NCBI GenBank assembly: GCA_036158955.1
Contig: JAYYFI010000007.1
Coordinates: forward strand, 2,576 to 66,575
Source of the DNA: Pseudomonadota bacterium
GTDB taxonomy: Bacteria; Pseudomonadota; Gammaproteobacteria; Ga0077536
Direction of reading: 5' to 3'
DNA length: 64,000 nt
In this document: piece after piece, positions 48,919 through 58,458 of the stretch
Layout of the letters: each line of letters begins with the position of its first letter
How positions within the stretch are numbered: position 1 is the first letter of the stretch
Program-made: the position numbers and the translations under genes
Notes under the pieces: model-generated
Seen by the model: the letters and a program-made list of their open reading frames with translations, nothing else
The model's database searches: none
Told to the model about the DNA's origin: nothing

Positions 48919-49857
48919 TCACGAATTTTTGTTTAGTATAAATTGGTCTATCAACTTGTTCTGTAAATCCCCATGTTTTTTATCTCTCAGATTAAAATAA
49001 TTATTTTTTACTCCGTAAGAAAATACTTGTCGGGCTTTTAAGTAAAAACCTCTTTTTAATAAAAGCTCATAAAAATACTTCGTTTCGTAATTGTCTAACA
49101 GGAAGTTATCGTACATAGTTTCCCAGATATTTAGATGATTGGCTTTATCATTAATTAGGGCGTAGATATAAGCCAGACGCCTAAAATTTTTTTTGTTAGG
49201 CTCTCTTTCCACGGTGAGTTCAATTAATTGTAAAGCTTGGCCTAGATCAGAGTCACCGATATATGATAAGAATAAAAGTTCATTTAGTTTATTTATCTGG
49301 GCGCTTGTCAGATTTCCATTTTTACTAGCAACTGCATCTAATATTTCGATTGCCTGATCAAATTCCATGCAATCATAAAAAAATTTAGCAAGTCCAATAA
49401 GTAGGTCAGAGCTATTCTGTTTGCTGTTAATTTCCCTAATCCTAATTTTTACGTATTCCTTTTGATTATAATTTAATGTTTGGACCGATAATCTCTTCAA
49501 GGACTCTATATGTAATAAAAGTGGAATACGTTCGAACGCGAGAACATTTAGAAACATTTTATTAGAATTTAAGATATCATTTAACTTAAAATATGCTGTT
49601 CCTAATATAAAATACAAACTACACTTTTCGAAGTTATTAAGACTTTTTTTTTCGACTAATAGCTTTAGATTTTTAATTACTTTGTGGTTTAAATTTTGGT
49701 CTAAAAGCTTTTCATTTTCACGAATTATAGCAAGCACGCCGGGTGAATAGCTTTCTATCGAACTATTATTCTTATCGAAAGCCAGGGTTATTTCTGCTGG
49801 TACTGTTATTAAAACTAGGGCCAAAACTAGATTAATTTTTAAGAATTCTGAATACAA
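48919..49857 (-). CDS. exported TPR-like helical-repeat protein (TtpD-like position in TonB2-type cluster)
   Basis: N-terminal hydrophobic segment. The helical-repeat composition is rich in L/Y/N/K. Last gene of the ExbB/ExbD/TonB operon. The call rests mainly on context. Confidence 0.5.
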   Translation of the reverse strand: MYSEFLKINLVLALVLITVPAEITLAFDKNNSSIESYSPGVLAIIRENEKLLDQNLNHKVIKNLKLLVEKKSLNNFEKCSLYFILGTAYFKLNDILNSNKMFLNVLAFERIPLLLHIESLKRLSVQTLNYNQKEYVKIRIREINSKQNSSDLLIGLAKFFYDCMEFDQAIEILDAVASKNGNLTSAQINKLNELLFLSYIGDSDLGQALQLIELTVEREPNKKNFRRLAYIYALINDKANHLNIWETMYDNFLLDNYETKYFYELLLKRGFYLKARQVFSYGVKNNYFNLRDKKHGDLQNKLIDQFILNKNS

Positions 49858-50437
49858 ATTTATTCCTTACATTTTGTACTTCTAGGGGCATACCATTTTT
49901 AATTCTTGGTTTGTAAACGAAAGATTTTGCGGCTTGGATTGATGTATTACGAAACAAAGGGTCGCATTCTGACTCAACAACAGATATATCATCAACAGTT
50001 CCATCAGTATTTATGGTGTAATTAACTAAGCATACGCCCTCCCGTCCTCTTGCAAGCGCATGCGAGGGGTAATCCGGTTTTAATTTGAAAAGTGGGAAAT
50101 AATCCCCTTCAAGTGAGAGTATAGTTTTCTGATTTGCAATTTTCTCGTTTGGATAATGATAAAATTTGGAAGGAGTCGTTTTGGAGTGGGAGTAACTAGA
50201 ATTGAGATCATTTTTACTCCCCGTTTTTACTGGGTTTATAGGTTGTTTGGCTGGTATATTATTTTTAATTTCAGATTTACCCCCAGTAGCTTGAGAAAAA
50301 TTTATCGAATTAATATTTATGGATGTTAATGCGGGTTCTTCTACTGAAATCAAGTTTCCAGCAATAAGAAATAAAAACAACGTGATTAATGAGGACATAA
50401 GGAGTATAAAACTGTTTCTTTTCATAGATTTTGACAT
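49832..50437 (-). CDS. tonB: TonB-family energy transducer
   Basis: N-terminal TM anchor, a Pro/Lys-containing spacer, and a C-terminal TonB domain (PDYPSHALARGREGVCLVNYTINTDGTVDDISV...FVYKP). Confidence 0.75.
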   Translation of the reverse strand: MSKSMKRNSFILLMSSLITLFLFLIAGNLISVEEPALTSININSINFSQATGGKSEIKNNIPAKQPINPVKTGSKNDLNSSYSHSKTTPSKFYHYPNEKIANQKTILSLEGDYFPLFKLKPDYPSHALARGREGVCLVNYTINTDGTVDDISVVESECDPLFRNTSIQAAKSFVYKPRIKNGMPLEVQNVRNKFVFRILKN

Positions 50438-50445
50438 GAATTATG

Positions 50446-50850
50446 CTAATTTCTATCTGTACTGATTGTTATGTCCTGAATATCTAGAGATTTTGCGGTA
50501 TCAACTACTAACACGAAAATTGATAATTCACTGGTTTTATCGGCTTCTATAACCAAGGAACTCATTGGCGTATTTTGCAATTCGTTTTTTAGTTTTTCTC
50601 TAAGTGAACCTGGATCAATTAGTTTGTTTTTAAAATATAGAGAATTATTTTTATCTATAGCTATCTTGATCTCGGTATTTTGCCCGGTTTGCACACTGTT
50701 TGATTTTGGCTTTTCAATGGCTAATCTCTTCTCCTCGATAAATGTAGTAGTTAGAATGAAAAATATAAGGATAATAAAGCTAACGTCCAGAAGCGGTGTA
50801 AGATCTATTGTTAAGTCGTCCTGGTCATTTTTTCTATTTTTAAACCTCAT
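50446..50850 (-). CDS. exbD: biopolymer transport protein ExbD/TolR
   Basis: IDLTPLLDVSFIILIFFIL signature with a single TM. 134 aa. Confidence 0.85.
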   Translation of the reverse strand: MRFKNRKNDQDDLTIDLTPLLDVSFIILIFFILTTTFIEEKRLAIEKPKSNSVQTGQNTEIKIAIDKNNSLYFKNKLIDPGSLREKLKNELQNTPMSSLVIEADKTSELSIFVLVVDTAKSLDIQDITISTDRN

Positions 50851-51313
50851 CTTGATTGACTCGATAATGTAGTTTGTGTTTTTTTTCTATCATTTTTAAC
50901 CCAACTAGTCCTGATAAAGATACTATAAGAGAAACTAGCGTTGGAATCACTACCCTTGGAAGTGATAGCCCAACTTGGGGTGCGTCAGTGCCATATAATT
51001 CAATAATATTAAAAACCGTTACCATTCCCGTTGTGCTACCAAGTAGGCCAATCAAAGGGCAAATTGATATGAGAGTTTTTACTAATACTTTATTTTTTCC
51101 ATTGTCGGCAATTCTTTTTTTTGGGATGAAATCTAGAGGTTTTGTATATTTATGAGGCGAGTTATAATTTCGATATCCCTTCTTGAAAAAATCGAGTAGT
51201 AGCAAAGCCCATATGGTAAAGGCTAGACCAAAAATTACAATCATTATTAATCCGCCGTTTTGGAAAATATATTGAATCTTAAAAATTTGATTAGGTAGAA
51301 AATTACTTATCAT
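50840..51313 (-). CDS. exbB: MotA/TolQ/ExbB proton-channel protein (short)
   Basis: Three TM with the IGLLGSTTGMVTVF motif. 11-nt overlaps with both neighbours. Confidence 0.8.
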   Translation of the reverse strand: MISNFLPNQIFKIQYIFQNGGLIMIVIFGLAFTIWALLLLDFFKKGYRNYNSPHKYTKPLDFIPKKRIADNGKNKVLVKTLISICPLIGLLGSTTGMVTVFNIIELYGTDAPQVGLSLPRVVIPTLVSLIVSLSGLVGLKMIEKKHKLHYRVNQDEV

Positions 51314-52433
51314 TTAAGTTTAGCATTATTTCAAAAGCAATTTGTTCTAGGCCCTCTTCAATTGACTTTGCTTTGCTTGATAATAACGTGAACAGAAGGA
51401 GGGAGGGAACCGCAACAATCAACCCAAGGATAGTTGTTGTCAGGGCTTTTGATATTCCTGCGGCTACAATTGTGCTTTCGTTACTCCCGGACAGGTTGAA
51501 AGCTTGGAAGGTAATCACTAACCCACTGACAGTCCCGAGCAATCCTAACATCGGTGAAATTGTGGCAATGAATCTTATATAGTCAATAGTACCTCTTAGG
51601 TTTGTCGATTGTTCATGTAAAATTTTACTAAGTAAGAGTTCGTTTTGTTCAAGGTTGTTTTGATTATTTTCTTTTGATTCAAATTTACCAAAGACTGCGT
51701 TTCTCACTGATTCTGGTTCTTCAAACAATTGATTAAACTTATGTAGTGCTCGGTAATTCAATATCCCGAGAATCACAACTATTAACCCGCTTAAAATGAT
51801 TATCCCTCCCACTAGGCCGCCTTGTTTGATGAATTCTAATAGTGAAATAGAGACAGTTTTATTTTGATTAGTTTTAGTCGGTGTTGAATCTGGTTTATAT
51901 CCTATGATTACGCCAAGTGGTTGCTCTTCATGGGATGCTGGGTTAAATTTGGAAGCATTTTTTTCTATGATTTTATTTGATTTGATTTTGGAATCCGAGA
52001 TTAATTCATTACCTGTCCGGTCTGTGGCATAGTGACCCTCTGATAGAAAAATTCGATTCGATATTGATATAATATCAGAAGACATTGCTGAATTTTTAAT
52101 TAGATAAGACTTATTAAGTAAATTAAGATTTTGACCTAGACTGATTGTTTTTGGGGGAAAAAATAAGTCATCATGCTTAGAGTTTTTGTATTTTTTTAAC
52201 TCCGATCTCGTTTTATCTATAAGGTGTTCTTCGGTTTCGATCTGCTTTTTTGTATCAGCTAGTAAGACATTTATCTTTTTCAAGAATGCTTCATTTCTAA
52301 GTTTTTCTTCGGCTATAGATCTGAATGAATTTTCTTTAATTTTGTCGAGCGGACTTGGTTCTGCCAAAAGAGTCTCTGAATTTTGCATCAAGGAAATAAA
52401 AGTGACAATAAGTGTGTAGTATTTACTCAACAT
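51303..52433 (-). CDS. large MotA/TolQ/ExbB-family protein with long periplasmic N-domain (TtpC-like)
   Basis: C-terminal SPMLGLLGTVSGLVITF motif and TM helices. ATG 52433 gives a signal-like N-terminus and an 11-nt overlap with the upstream gene; the listed start at 52478 is less likely. Confidence 0.75.
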   Translation of the reverse strand: MLSKYYTLIVTFISLMQNSETLLAEPSPLDKIKENSFRSIAEEKLRNEAFLKKINVLLADTKKQIETEEHLIDKTRSELKKYKNSKHDDLFFPPKTISLGQNLNLLNKSYLIKNSAMSSDIISISNRIFLSEGHYATDRTGNELISDSKIKSNKIIEKNASKFNPASHEEQPLGVIIGYKPDSTPTKTNQNKTVSISLLEFIKQGGLVGGIIILSGLIVVILGILNYRALHKFNQLFEEPESVRNAVFGKFESKENNQNNLEQNELLLSKILHEQSTNLRGTIDYIRFIATISPMLGLLGTVSGLVITFQAFNLSGSNESTIVAAGISKALTTTILGLIVAVPSLLLFTLLSSKAKSIEEGLEQIAFEIMLNLNDK

Positions 52434-53214
52434 TAGCTTTGCTCGAAACTTCAACGGGTAGAATAATGTATCTTCCACTTAGTTTATTCTCGATTGTGTC
52501 GATTGCTTCTTTGAAATTGTCTGCATAAATTTCGAAATCGACTAATTTCCATTCTTGTAGGTTTGGTGAAAATATGCCCGCCAATTTTCTATCCTCGTTT
52601 ATAAAATAATATCCAATTCTTCCGATATTAAAGGTCAATACTTCTATGTCATCATTAAAAATGGTTATGACTTCTGTTCTAACTTGATCTTCTTGCGATA
52701 GAGCTATTTCATTATGCAGAATATTATAAAATTCTTCCATAAGACTCGGTGATAGGGAGTTCTTTTTCAATTCACTCTGAAGGTTGTTAATAGTTTTTAG
52801 TCGTTCGAACTTTTTTACCGGGTAATCTTTTTCTATAAATTTATAAATAATGTCAAGATATTTGTGGATAATATTAGTTCGTTGCGCTAGAGTTGCTTCC
52901 ATCGAGTCTTGTTCGAAGATCAGCGCTTCAAGTAAGCGAAATTTTTCAGCTTCTAATTGCTTCCTGGTTTCTCTCTTATTTTTTAACTCTCTGCTAAGTT
53001 TTTCGTAGTTGTTAATTTTATTAAGGATTTCCTGGTTACTTGATTCCCTATCTTTAATCCGGATGTCTTGCATTCTATGAATGCTAGCTAGATTTGATTC
53101 GGAGGAATACACATATCCGGTTTCTAATAAGGAAAAATAGATATATAAAATTATAAACAAGGGGATTCTTAGGCAACTGTACATTTGACGTGTAAGCTGA
53201 TTAGAGGTTAGCAT
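52423..53214 (-). CDS. exported coiled-coil protein, DUF3450-like (TtpB-like position)
   Basis: N-terminal hydrophobic segment, a long heptad-like E/K/L/R region, then a beta-rich C-terminus. First gene of the TonB2-type cluster. The call rests largely on context. Confidence 0.55.
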   Translation of the reverse strand: MLTSNQLTRQMYSCLRIPLFIILYIYFSLLETGYVYSSESNLASIHRMQDIRIKDRESSNQEILNKINNYEKLSRELKNKRETRKQLEAEKFRLLEALIFEQDSMEATLAQRTNIIHKYLDIIYKFIEKDYPVKKFERLKTINNLQSELKKNSLSPSLMEEFYNILHNEIALSQEDQVRTEVITIFNDDIEVLTFNIGRIGYYFINEDRKLAGIFSPNLQEWKLVDFEIYADNFKEAIDTIENKLSGRYIILPVEVSSKANVE

Positions 53215-53316
53215 AGGGAAAAAGACAATCTTTTTAAATTATTACTCATCATTTGGAATTTTCTGTTGCTAGTTTATGACTCCTATAGCTAACGGCTGGA
53301 TTGGGGATCTTGAAAT

Positions 53317-54381
53317 TTAAATGATGGAAGAATTGCTCTTTTTATCGACAGATTCAGCTAGCTGATGGAGTACAGGTAACGTAGTTTCCCAAGCCATGCA
53401 GGCATCTGTAATACTTTGTCCATATTTGAGGGTGTCTTTCGAAGTAAGCGATTGATTGCCTTCTTCCAAAAAGCTCTCCAACATGACACCACATATATTA
53501 TTATTTTGCTCAATTTGTTTCGATATTTCACTAACAACCTTCGGTTGATTCAAGTGATTTTTGCTACTATTTCCATGGCTGCAGTCAATCATTAGGCGTG
53601 GATTGAGGTTGCTCTTTTCCAGTAAAGAGCAGGTTGCTAAAACATTGCTTTCATCATAATTCGTTCCTAAAGAAGAGCCTCTCAAAATCACATGACAGGT
53701 CTTATTGCCTTTGGTGCTTATTATCGCAGCTAAACTCTGTTCTGTAACTCCTAAAAATTGATGAGGGTGTCCAACCGCTTTCAAGGCATCAATTGCGACT
53801 TGAACGTTCCCATCTGTACCGTTTTTGAAGCCTATCGGCATTGATAAACCTGACGCCATTTCTCGATGGATTTGCGACTCGGTGGTACGCGCGCCTATGG
53901 CCCCCCAAGTTATGAGATCTGCTATGAATTGCGGTGTAATCACATCTAAAAACTCTGTTCCACATGGTAACCCAATCTCATTGATGTCAACTAAAAGCTT
54001 TCTGGCGGCACGCAGTCCATTGTTAATGTCAAAGGTATTATTTAAATGAGGATCATTTATTAAACCCTTCCACCCGATGGTTGTTCTTGGTTTTTCAAAA
54101 TAGACTCGCATTACGATAACTAGACTACTACTAAAGGTCTTCTGTATTTCATTAAGTTTGTGCGCATAGTCAATCGCAGCATTACAATCATGAATTGAAC
54201 ATGGGCCAGTAATGACAAGTAAACGGGGATCTTTCCCTAGAATAACGTTTTCGCAACTTTGCCTGGCTTTGTTCACTAGCTCAGAGGAAAATGGAGGCAT
54301 TGGGATTTCCTCTTTTAAAATGGTAGGGGACAGGAGCGGTCTATAGCTATTAACCCTTTTATCGTAAGTTTCTTTTACCAT
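53317..54381 (-). CDS. class-I (AroF/G/H-type) 3-deoxy-7-phosphoheptulonate (DAHP) synthase
   Basis: LLVITGPCSIHD, MRVYFEKPRTTIGWKGLINDP, GARTTESQIHRE, IGFKNGTDG, IDCSHGNS. Confidence 0.92.
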   Translation of the reverse strand: MVKETYDKRVNSYRPLLSPTILKEEIPMPPFSSELVNKARQSCENVILGKDPRLLVITGPCSIHDCNAAIDYAHKLNEIQKTFSSSLVIVMRVYFEKPRTTIGWKGLINDPHLNNTFDINNGLRAARKLLVDINEIGLPCGTEFLDVITPQFIADLITWGAIGARTTESQIHREMASGLSMPIGFKNGTDGNVQVAIDALKAVGHPHQFLGVTEQSLAAIISTKGNKTCHVILRGSSLGTNYDESNVLATCSLLEKSNLNPRLMIDCSHGNSSKNHLNQPKVVSEISKQIEQNNNICGVMLESFLEEGNQSLTSKDTLKYGQSITDACMAWETTLPVLHQLAESVDKKSNSSII

Positions 54382-54398
54382 GAACGGAATCTCATAAG

Positions 54399-55709
54399 TT
54401 ATAAATTTTCAATTAGCTTGGTGGCGAATTCACTACATTTCACTTCATTTGCGTTATCCATGAGTCGGGCGAAGTCGTATGTGACAAATCTGCTACTTAT
54501 CGTTTTATCCATAGTAGCAATTATTAAATCTGCCGCCTCTGTCCAGCCTAGATATCTAAGCATCATTTCACCGGAAAGTAATACAGAGCCAGGATTAACT
54601 TTATCAAGATTAGCATATTTCGGAGCGGTACCATGCGTAGCTTCGAATATGGCATGTCCAGTTTCGTAATTCACGTTCCCGCCAGGAGCAATTCCTATAC
54701 CCCCAACCTGTGCCGCTAACGCGTCAGACAAGTAATCCCCGTTTAGATTCATGGTAGCTATAACATCGAATTCTTTAGGTCTAGTCAGTACTTGTTGTAA
54801 TGTGATGTCAGCGATAGCATCTTTAACGAGAATCTTTCCTTTCGCCAACTCTTTTTCTTGTTCTAAGTTAGCGGCTTCCGAACTTTCTGCGGCCTTAGTT
54901 TTTTCCCATTGCTCCCAGGTATATGTATTATCTGGATATTCTTTTTCTACATAATCATAACCCCAATTTCTGAAGGCTCCCTCTGTAAACTTCATAATAT
55001 TACCTTTATGAACGAATGTTAGACTTTTTCTGCCATTAGCAATCGCATAGTTTGTTGCCGCTCTGACAAGACGTGTAGTACCTTCTTGGGATACTGGCTT
55101 AAGTCCCATTCCAGAGGTGTCAGGGAATCTTATTTTTTGGAACAAATCAGGAAAGTTCGTTTCCATTAAAGAAAGGAATTTCTTGCACTCAGCTGTGCCT
55201 TCCTCGAATTCTATACCAGCATAGATATCTTCAGTGTTTTCTCGGAAAATAACCATATCGACGCTGCTGGGCTCTTTGACAGGGGAGGGAACGCCATTAA
55301 ACCACCTTACTGGTCTTATACAAACGTATAGGTCCAAAACTTGTCTCAATGTGACGTTCAGGGAGCGGAAACCTCCGCCTATGGGGGTAGTTAAAGGGCC
55401 TTTTATGGCTACCAGATATTTTTTGCACATTTCGAGGGTTTGTGAGGGTAACCACTCGCCGGTTTTATTGAATGCTTTTTCACCTGCAAGAGCTTCGACC
55501 CAATTTATGGCTCGCTGATTATCATATGCCTTTTCAATAGCCGCATCTAGCACTCGCCTACTTGCGCGCCATACGTCCGCCCCAATGCCATCACCTTCGA
55601 TAAAAGGTATGATTGGCTTGTCAGGCACCTTTAATGATCCATCTTGAATCGTGATAATTTCGCCATCTTTAGTTGTATTATAGGAAGAGCTCAACTTTAT
55701 ATTCTCCAA
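54399..55709 (-). CDS. icd: NADP-dependent isocitrate dehydrogenase (homodimeric Icd type)
   Basis: [33 protein letters not shown] (regulatory Ser region), [47 protein letters not shown]. Confidence 0.92.
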   Translation of the reverse strand: MENIKLSSSYNTTKDGEIITIQDGSLKVPDKPIIPFIEGDGIGADVWRASRRVLDAAIEKAYDNQRAINWVEALAGEKAFNKTGEWLPSQTLEMCKKYLVAIKGPLTTPIGGGFRSLNVTLRQVLDLYVCIRPVRWFNGVPSPVKEPSSVDMVIFRENTEDIYAGIEFEEGTAECKKFLSLMETNFPDLFQKIRFPDTSGMGLKPVSQEGTTRLVRAATNYAIANGRKSLTFVHKGNIMKFTEGAFRNWGYDYVEKEYPDNTYTWEQWEKTKAAESSEAANLEQEKELAKGKILVKDAIADITLQQVLTRPKEFDVIATMNLNGDYLSDALAAQVGGIGIAPGGNVNYETGHAIFEATHGTAPKYANLDKVNPGSVLLSGEMMLRYLGWTEAADLIIATMDKTISSRFVTYDFARLMDNANEVKCSEFATKLIENL

Positions 55710-55836
55710 CTTAAATTATAAACCTGACAGTATATCAAAAAGACTTTGCAGATGGGCTGCAAATTTCTTATATTCTTATAATAAACATGTATTTTAAAGT
55801 CGTTGAAAACGACAAACTTTGGAAAAAGTGATTAAA

Positions 55837-56637
55837 ATGGAATTACTTCTGATTGGAGCGGGCTATCTGGCTCGAAAGATTATAACTCAATCGCCAAATT
55901 CAAATATTATTGCTTTCCGCAGGCAAAAAAATAGTCAGGATTTAGTTGACAAGGCGACTTATAAATATGCTGATATCTTTAGACTTAAAAATAATTTAAT
56001 CAAAAATGCTGCCCGTACATTTGAAAGTTCCGTAGTCGTGATGTTGAATCCTAGTACATATCCCGATAACCTGGTTGAATCCGTTTCTAAAGTGGCCCGC
56101 CTTTTTGATCAAAAACTTGTTAAAAAAATAATTTTAGTTTCGAGTACCGGAATATTTTCAGATGGCTATGATAAGAGGATAGATAACTCCTCTTATCAAC
56201 CGATCCCAGTCAACAAAAGAGCTAAAAAAATACATGCTATTGAAACTGAGTGGTGTAAACAATTCAAAAATGTCGTGGTGGTCAGACTTGGAGGTCTTTA
56301 TTGTTCTGAGCGTGTGGTTGGACTAAATGCTGTTCTTTCCGACAATATGTTAGATGGAAATGGCGAAGAATACTTGAATTTGATTCATTCGATTGACGCT
56401 GCACGTGCAATTTTACAATTATGCTCCAAGAATATATATAAGGGTACATTTTTACTTACCGATTGCAATCCGGTCATAAGAAGAGAGTATTATTCCTATA
56501 TCGCAAAATTGTATGGAGCCGAACCTCCAACTTTTTCAAATTCAAGTAGAAAGACATATGCTTGTGCGGCTCATGACGTTTGGTCGAGTTTAGGAATCTT
56601 TCCAAGATTCCCGAATTATATATCAGGACTTGCTTAA
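55837..56637 (+). CDS. NAD(P)-binding Rossmann-fold protein (atypical SDR/epimerase-like)
   Basis: N-terminal LLLIGAGYLARK dinucleotide-binding motif and a VSSTGIF block. ATG 55837 preferred over the listed TTG 55819. Function unknown. Confidence 0.55.
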   Translation: MELLLIGAGYLARKIITQSPNSNIIAFRRQKNSQDLVDKATYKYADIFRLKNNLIKNAARTFESSVVVMLNPSTYPDNLVESVSKVARLFDQKLVKKIILVSSTGIFSDGYDKRIDNSSYQPIPVNKRAKKIHAIETEWCKQFKNVVVVRLGGLYCSERVVGLNAVLSDNMLDGNGEEYLNLIHSIDAARAILQLCSKNIYKGTFLLTDCNPVIRREYYSYIAKLYGAEPPTFSNSSRKTYACAAHDVWSSLGIFPRFPNYISGLA

Positions 56638-56642
56638 TCAAT

Positions 56643-57107
56643 TTGGGTAAAAGATTGATAACACAAAAGATTCTACTCTTTATTGTAACACTGCTTTTTT
56701 CTATAGTCGCAGTTTCTCAAACGTTTACACTAGAAGTTTTCAACGGACGGACTAATTCGTTTTTAGCTGCCTTTACAGTGAGAGCGGCTATCACTGATGA
56801 GGAACATGCTGTGGGCCTTTCTAATTATTCTACTTTACCCAAGAAAGAAGGGCTATTGTTGGTTTTTGATAAAGCGAAAAGAGTAAAAATCTGGACAAAA
56901 TTTATGAAATTTCCTATAGATATAATTTTTATAGATAAAAATGAAAGGATAAGCACTATTCATCATTCTGTGCCTCCTGAGAGCAATAAAATTCTCACAA
57001 GTCATTTGCCTTCAAGTTATGTACTAGAGTTAAATGCTGGTGACGCGAAAAGATTTAATATAAAAAAAGATGATTATGTTACTATTGGCAACATGTTACT
57101 GAACTAA
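56643..57107 (+). CDS. DUF192 domain protein with N-terminal membrane/signal segment
   Basis: GLS....L....GLLLVF......IWTKFMKFPIDIIFID....I......P....YVLELNAG pattern typical of DUF192. The start is uncertain: TTG 56643 or 56655 avoids the overlap implied by the listed 56580. Confidence 0.62.
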   Translation: MGKRLITQKILLFIVTLLFSIVAVSQTFTLEVFNGRTNSFLAAFTVRAAITDEEHAVGLSNYSTLPKKEGLLLVFDKAKRVKIWTKFMKFPIDIIFIDKNERISTIHHSVPPESNKILTSHLPSSYVLELNAGDAKRFNIKKDDYVTIGNMLLN

Positions 57108-57593
57108 AGATTTGTACGTGTCACTAAATCCTTCGAGATTGACTGGAATTTTTATTTTGACTCGGTCTGAATCAAAAAAAGAAACAGTGAGAAGTTTGCC
57201 TAAAAATAATTGGTTAAGAGTAGAATTTGTCAGTGACATGAACAAATGACATCCGTCAGGGTCGCACCTTTCAACGGGAAAGGTTTTCCCAGGATTATCG
57301 TCGATTTGAATTACAACCCCCCCTGGCAAGTAAATTCCTAAAGGTACGATTAAAAGAGCATGCGGAGGCGTCTCCTCGCTTAGTTTAGCGAAGGTTAATT
57401 GTAATACGGGCAATTGTGAATTTCTCATGATAATTTCTTGTTGCATTGTGCATTCAGATGAAGTCTGATTGCCTGATGGTGAGCAATTTATATTCCACGA
57501 ACTTGCTGACGATTCTAAAAAACACCCAATCGTAATAATAGAAAGAATAATGATAAGTGATGAAAGATTTTTTCTTTTAGATACGGTATTCAT
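57096..57593 (-). CDS. exported invasion-associated-locus-B (IalB)-like protein
   Basis: Signal peptide, ~140 aa mature. WNINCS...C near the N-terminus and a VERCDPDGCHLF motif resemble IalB-family proteins. Confidence 0.5.
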   Translation of the reverse strand: MNTVSKRKNLSSLIIILSIITIGCFLESSASSWNINCSPSGNQTSSECTMQQEIIMRNSQLPVLQLTFAKLSEETPPHALLIVPLGIYLPGGVVIQIDDNPGKTFPVERCDPDGCHLFMSLTNSTLNQLFLGKLLTVSFFDSDRVKIKIPVNLEGFSDTYKSLVQ

Positions 57594-57602
57594 AAAAGTA
57601 TT

Positions 57603-58073
57603 TTATTGCGACATGATAATTTTGTTAAACCAACTTGGTGTTAAAGGGTTGGAAATGATGTCATAGTTGTCGTAAGGTTTGATATCAATTATTACTGTTC
57701 CATTGAATGCATCAAGTTTTAAAACCTTTAAAATGTTTTTATTTCTTTCCAGTAAATCGCATACTGCCAGACCGACTGGGTTCGGATGGTTTCGCCCTCT
57801 ATAAGCAAAAGCCCCAACTTTTTTATTTTCACTATTCCCCCTTGGAAAGCCTGATAGAGGTCTGTTTTTATTGTTTTTTATCATCCAGAATAATACAAAA
57901 ATGTGAGAGTATTGTTCGATTCCTTCGAGCGCAGATTCAAATCGCGGGTCTATCCATATCGTTTTGATGCTTGTTTTTCTAGTAGATCCAACATCCTCGT
58001 CTTTAATTTCGGTCTGGACGACACCTACTGGTCTGAATTTGAACTCGCTATTATTTTTCTTCAGTGAAGTCAT
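57603..58073 (-). CDS. trmO: TsaA/TrmO-family SAM-dependent tRNA (m6t6A37) methyltransferase
   Basis: FRPVGVVQTE, LEGIEQYSHIFVLFW, RGRNHPNPVGLAVCDLL, LDAFNGTVIIDIKPY. Confidence 0.8.
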   Translation of the reverse strand: MTSLKKNNSEFKFRPVGVVQTEIKDEDVGSTRKTSIKTIWIDPRFESALEGIEQYSHIFVLFWMIKNNKNRPLSGFPRGNSENKKVGAFAYRGRNHPNPVGLAVCDLLERNKNILKVLKLDAFNGTVIIDIKPYDNYDIISNPLTPSWFNKIIMSQ

Positions 58074-58390
58074 GGTCGTAACACCAAGTTAATGTATGGT
58101 CCCCAGGAAACTAAAATTAAAATTAAGGAAATTGTCTGCAAAATAGCTCTAAACCTCCAAGCCTTGTTGCTGGGTATATGTCTCTGGATTACTAAAAGCA
58201 TGGTAATATCTAATAATAATGTGAAAATTAACATAACGCCTATGCTTGAGCCGATAATATTTAATAGACGTATTTCGTTCAAAGTGTCATGGGAAAACAG
58301 TGCATAATTACCTAACATGCATGTGAGCAAAACAATGATTAGAAGCAAAAATCTTAAAATACCTAACTTAAAAATAAATTGCATAGCCAA
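58070..58390 (-). CDS. small 3-TM membrane protein, unknown function
   Basis: Three hydrophobic segments. The stop overlaps the trmO start by 4 nt. No family recognised. Confidence 0.45.
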   Translation of the reverse strand: MAMQFIFKLGILRFLLLIIVLLTCMLGNYALFSHDTLNEIRLLNIIGSSIGVMLIFTLLLDITMLLVIQRHIPSNKAWRFRAILQTISLILILVSWGPYINLVLRP

Positions 58391-58458
58391 ATAAACATTT
58401 GTTTAAATTCCATTAAATGTAATAGTATCAAACTAAACGAAAGACTTGCACACTAATA

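Noticed and set aside
55746-55813. Two small hairpins (TTGCAG-N5-CTGCAA at 55746-55762; GTCGTT-N3-AACGAC at 55799-55813) between icd and the Rossmann-fold gene
   Set aside because: The stems are 6 bp and lack a U-tract. They sit in a divergent promoter region, so they are not terminators. No known motif was recognised, and they are too weak to call.
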